Positions 58,201 to 62,837 of a stretch of 62,837 nucleotides of DNA are shown here, in pieces. A model generated the notes under the pieces. That model did not search any database, was not told the origin of the DNA, and saw nothing but the letters and a program-made list of their open reading frames with translations. The DNA comes from Dendrobates tinctorius (taxonomy: Eukaryota). The position numbers were made by a program, and so were the translations under genes. Location of the stretch: assembly GCF_039654945.1 (NCBI RefSeq), contig NW_027361964.1, positions 3,782,001 through 3,844,837 on the forward strand, in the 5' to 3' direction. The number at the start of each line of letters is the position of its first letter. Within the stretch, counting starts at the first letter, position 1.

Positions 58201-61200
58201 CTATATATGAGTGTTATGTGCTCTGTACGGTGTCACTATATATGAGTGTTATGTGCTCTGTACGGTGTCACTATATATGAGTGTTATGTGTTCTGTACGA
58301 TGTCACTATATATGAGTGTTATGTGCTGTGTACGATGTCACTATATATGAGTGTTATGTGCTCTGTACGGTGTCACTATATATGAGTGTTATGTGCTCTG
58401 TACGGTGTCACTATATATGAGTGTTATGTGTTCTGTACGATGTCACTATATATGAGTGTTATGTGCTGTGTACGATGTCACTATATATGAGTGTTATGTG
58501 CTCTGTACGATGTCACTATATATGAGTGTTATGTGTTCTGTACGATGTCACTATATATGAGTGTTATGTGCTCTGTACGATGTCACTATATATGAGTGTT
58601 ATGTGCTCTGTACGGTGTCACTATATATGAGTGTTATGTGTTCTGTACGATGTCACTATATATGAGTGTTATGTGCTCTGTACGGTGTCACTATATATGA
58701 GTGTTATGTGTTCTGTACGATGTCACTATATATGAGTGTTATGTGTTCTGTACGATGTCACTATATATGAGTGTTATGTGCTCTGTACGGTGTCACTATA
58801 TATGAGTGTTATGTGTTCTGTACGATGTCACTATATATGAGTGTTATGTGCTGTGTACGATGTCACTATATATGAGTGTTATGTGCTCTGTACGGTGTCA
58901 CTATATATGAGTGTTATGTGTTCTGTACGGTGTCACTATATATGAGTGTTATGTGCTCTGTACGATGTCACTATATATGAGTGTTATGTGCTCTGTACGG
59001 TGTCACTATATATGAGTGTTATGTGTTCTGTACGATGTCACTATATATGAGTGTTATGTGCTGTGTACGATGTCACTATATATGAGTGTTATGTGCTCTG
59101 TACGATGTCACTATGTATGAGTGTTATGTGCTCTGTACGGTGTCACTATATATGAGTGTTATGTGCTCTGTACGATGTCACTATATATGAGTGTTATGTG
59201 CTGTGTACGGTGTCACTATATATGAGTGTTATGTGCTCTGTACGGTGTCACTATATATGAGTGTTATGTGTTCTGTACGATGTCACTATATATGAGTGTT
59301 ATGTGCTGTGTACGATGTCACTATATATGAGTGTTATGTGCTCTGTACGATGTCACTATATATGAGTGTTATGTGCTCTGTACGATGTCACTATATATGA
59401 GTGTTATGTGTTCTGTACGGTGTCACTATATATGAGTGTTATGTGCTGTGTACGATGTCACTATATATGAGTGTTATGTGCTCTGTACGGTGTCACTATA
59501 TATGAGTGTTATGTGCTGTGTACGATGTCACTATATATGAGTGTTATGTGCTCTGTACGGTGTCACTATATATGAGTGTTATGTGCTGTGTACGATGTCA
59601 CTATATATGAGTGTTATGTGTTCTGTACGGTGTCACTATATATGAGTGTTATGTGCTGTGTACGATGTCACTATATATGAGTGTTATGTGCTCTGTACGG
59701 TGTCACTATATATGAGTGTTATGTGCTGTGTACGATGTCACTATATATGAGTGTTATGTGTTCTGTACGATGTCACTATATATGAGTGTTATGTGTTCTG
59801 TACGATGTCACTATATATGAGTGTTATGTGCTGTGTACGATGTCACTATATATGAGTGTTATGTGCTCTGTACGGTGTCACTATATATGAGTGTTATGTG
59901 CTCTGTACGATGTCACTATATATGAGTGTTATGTGCTCTGTACGGTGTCACTATATATGAGTGTTATGTGCTGTGTACGATGTCACTATATATGAGTGTT
60001 ATGTGCTCTGTACGATGTCACTATATATGAGTGTTATGTGCTGTGTACGATGTCACTATATATGAGTGTTATGTGCTGTGTACGATGTCACTATATATGA
60101 GTGTTATGTGCTGTGTACGATGTCACTATATATGAGTGTTATGTGTTCTGTACGATGTCACTATAGATGAGTGTTATGTGCTGTGTACGATGTCACTATA
60201 TATGAGTGTTATGTGTTCTGTACGATGTCACTATAGATGAGTGTTATGTGCTGTGTACGATGTCACTATATATGAGTGTTATGTGTTCTGTACGATGTCA
60301 CTATAGATGATTGTTATGTGCTGTGTACGATGTCACTATATATGAGTGTTATGTGTTCTGTACGATGTCACTATAGATGATTGTTATGTGCTGTGTACGA
60401 TGTCACTATATATGAGTGTTATGTGTTCTGTACGATGTCACTATAGATGAGTGTTATGTGCTGTGTACGATGTCACTATATATGAGTGTTATGTGTTCTG
60501 TACGATGTCACTATATATGAGTGTTATGTGCTGTGTACGATGTCACTATATATGAGTGTTATGTGTTCTGTACGATGTCACTATAGATGATTGTTATGTG
60601 CTGTGTACGATGTCACTATATATGAGTGTTATGTGTTCTGTACGATGTCACTATAGATGAGTGTTATGTGCTGTGTACGATGTCACTATATATGAGTGTT
60701 ATGTGTTCTGTACGATGTCACTATATATGATTGTTATGTGCTGTGTACGATGTCACTATATATGAGTGTTATGTGTTCTGTACGATGTCACTATAGATGA
60801 GTGTTATGTGCTGTGTACGATGTCACTATATATGAGTGTTATGTGTTCTGTACGATGTCACTATATATGATTGTTATGTGCTGTGTACGATGTCACTATA
60901 TATGAGTGTTATGTGCTGTGTACGATGTCACTATATATGAGTGTTATGTGCTCTGTACGATGTCACTATATATGAGTGTTATGTGCTGTGTACGATGTCA
61001 CTATATATGAGTGTTATGTGCTGTGTACGATGTCACTATATATGAGTGTTATGTGCTCTGTACGATGTCACTATATATGATTGTTATGTGCTGTGTACGA
61101 TGTCACTATATATGAGTGTTATGTGCTGTGTACGATGTCACTATATATGAGTGTTATGTGCTCTGTACGATGTCACTATATATGAGTGTTATGTGCTGTG

Positions 61201-62837
61201 TACGATGTCACTATATATGAGTGTTATGTGCTGTGTACGATGTCACTATATATGAGTGTTATGTGTTCTGTACGATGTCACTATATATGAGTGTTATGTG
61301 CTGGTACGATGTCACTATATATGAGTGTTATGTGCTCTGTACGATGTCACTATATATGAGTGTTATGTGTTCTGTACGATGTCACTATATATGAGTGTTA
61401 TGTGCTCTGTACGATGTCACTATATATGAGTGTTATGTGCTCTGTACGATGTCACTATATATGAGTGTTATGTGTTCTGTACGATGTCACTATATATGAG
61501 TGTTATGTGCTGTGTACGGATGTCACTATATATGAGTGTTATGTGCTTCTGTACGATGTCACTATATATGAGTGTTATGTGCTGTGTACGATGTCACTAT
61601 ATATGAGTGTTATGTGCTGTACGATGTCACTATATATGAGTGTTATGTGCTGTGTACGATGTCACTATATATGAGTGTTATGTGCTCTGTACGATGTCAC
61701 TATATATGAGTGTTATGTGCTCTGTACGATGTCACTATATATGAGTGTTATGTGTTCTGTACGATGTCACTATATATGAGTGTTATGTGTTCTGTACGAT
61801 GTCACTATATATGAGTGTTATGTGCTCTGTACGATGTCACTATATATGAGTGTTATGTGTTCTGTACGATGTCACTATATATGAGTGTTATGTGTTCTGT
61901 ACGATGTCACTATATATGAGTGTTATGTGCTCTGTACGATGTCACTATATATGAGTGTTATGTGTTCTGTACGATGTCACTATATATGAGTGTTATGTGC
62001 TCTGTACGATGTCACTATATATGAGTGTTATGTGTTCTGTACGATGTCACTATATATGAGTGTTATGTGCTCTGTACGATGTCACTATATATGAGTGTTA
62101 TGTGCTCTGTACGGTGTCACTATATATGAGTGTTATGTGCTCTGTACGATGTCACTATATATGAGTGTTATGTGCTCTGTACGATGTCACTATATATGAG
62201 TGTTATGTGCTCTGTACGGTGTCACTATATATGAGTGTTATGTGTTCTGTACGATGTCACTATATATGAGTGTTATGTGCTCTGTACGGTGTCACTATAT
62301 ATGAGTGTTATGTGTTCTGTACGATGTCACTATATATGAGTGTTATGTGTTCTGTACGATGTCACTATATATGAGTGTTATGTGTTCTGTACGATGTCAC
62401 TATATATGAGTGTTATGTGCTTTGTACGATGTCACTATATATGAGTGTTATGTGCTCTGTACGGTGTCACTATATATGAGTGTTATGTGCTCTGTACGGT
62501 GTCACTATATATGAGTGTTATGTGTTCTGTACGGTGTCACTATATATGAGTGTTATGTGCTCTGTACGGTGTCACTATATATGAGTGTTATGTGCTCTGT
62601 ACGATGTCACTATATATGAGTGTTATGTGCTGTGTACGATGTCACTATATATGAGTGTTATGTGTTCTGTACGGTGTCACTATATATGAGTGTTATGTGC
62701 TCTGTACGGTTGTCACTATATATGAGTGTTATGTGTTCTGTACGGTGTCACTATATATGAGTGTTATGTGTTCTGTACGGTGTCACTATATATGAGTGTT
62801 ATGTGTTTCTTGTACGATGTCACTATATATGAGTGTT
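55288..62837. repeat. 35-bp AT-rich minisatellite (TGTCACTATATATGAGTGTTATGTGYTSTGTACGA), about 215 copies, runs off the window
   Basis: Direct periodicity. Confidence 0.97.

Noticed and set aside
55288-62837. CRISPR-like 35-bp repeat array
   Set aside because: Head-to-tail repeats with no unique spacers, no cas genes, eukaryotic context

Overview
Eukaryotic vertebrate genomic DNA, most likely an anuran amphibian (inferred from the transposon repertoire), syntenic with human 16p11.2. It contains: (i) CD2BP2 (U5-52K, GYF domain) on the minus strand, six coding exons, with the last few codons off the left edge; (ii) a single-coding-exon PHETA/sesquipedalian (FAM109/IPIP27)-family PH-domain gene with a C-terminal F&H motif on the plus strand (20494-21009), at a position where human has no such gene; (iii) TBC1D10B on the minus strand, nine exons, about 1414 aa, whose first exon is inflated by two in-frame coding minisatellites. 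About half of the window is unrelated minisatellite arrays (26, 28, 31, 35, 36, 39, 45 bp and others), and these explain nearly all the long ORFs in the track. A 13-kb nested transposon cluster (23.85-36.8 kb) holds Tc1 remnants and a decayed hAT transposase, split by a Penelope-like insertion that carries two inverted hammerhead ribozymes and is itself split by a TTAA-flanked piggyBac-type element. A third hammerhead lies at 24.8 kb. Also present are a solo LTR, a CR1 3' end, an SRSF9-like retrocopy, several MITEs, and a candidate unrecognised 3-exon gene encoding a 179-aa protein with a signal-peptide-like N-terminus (39416-38310, minus).
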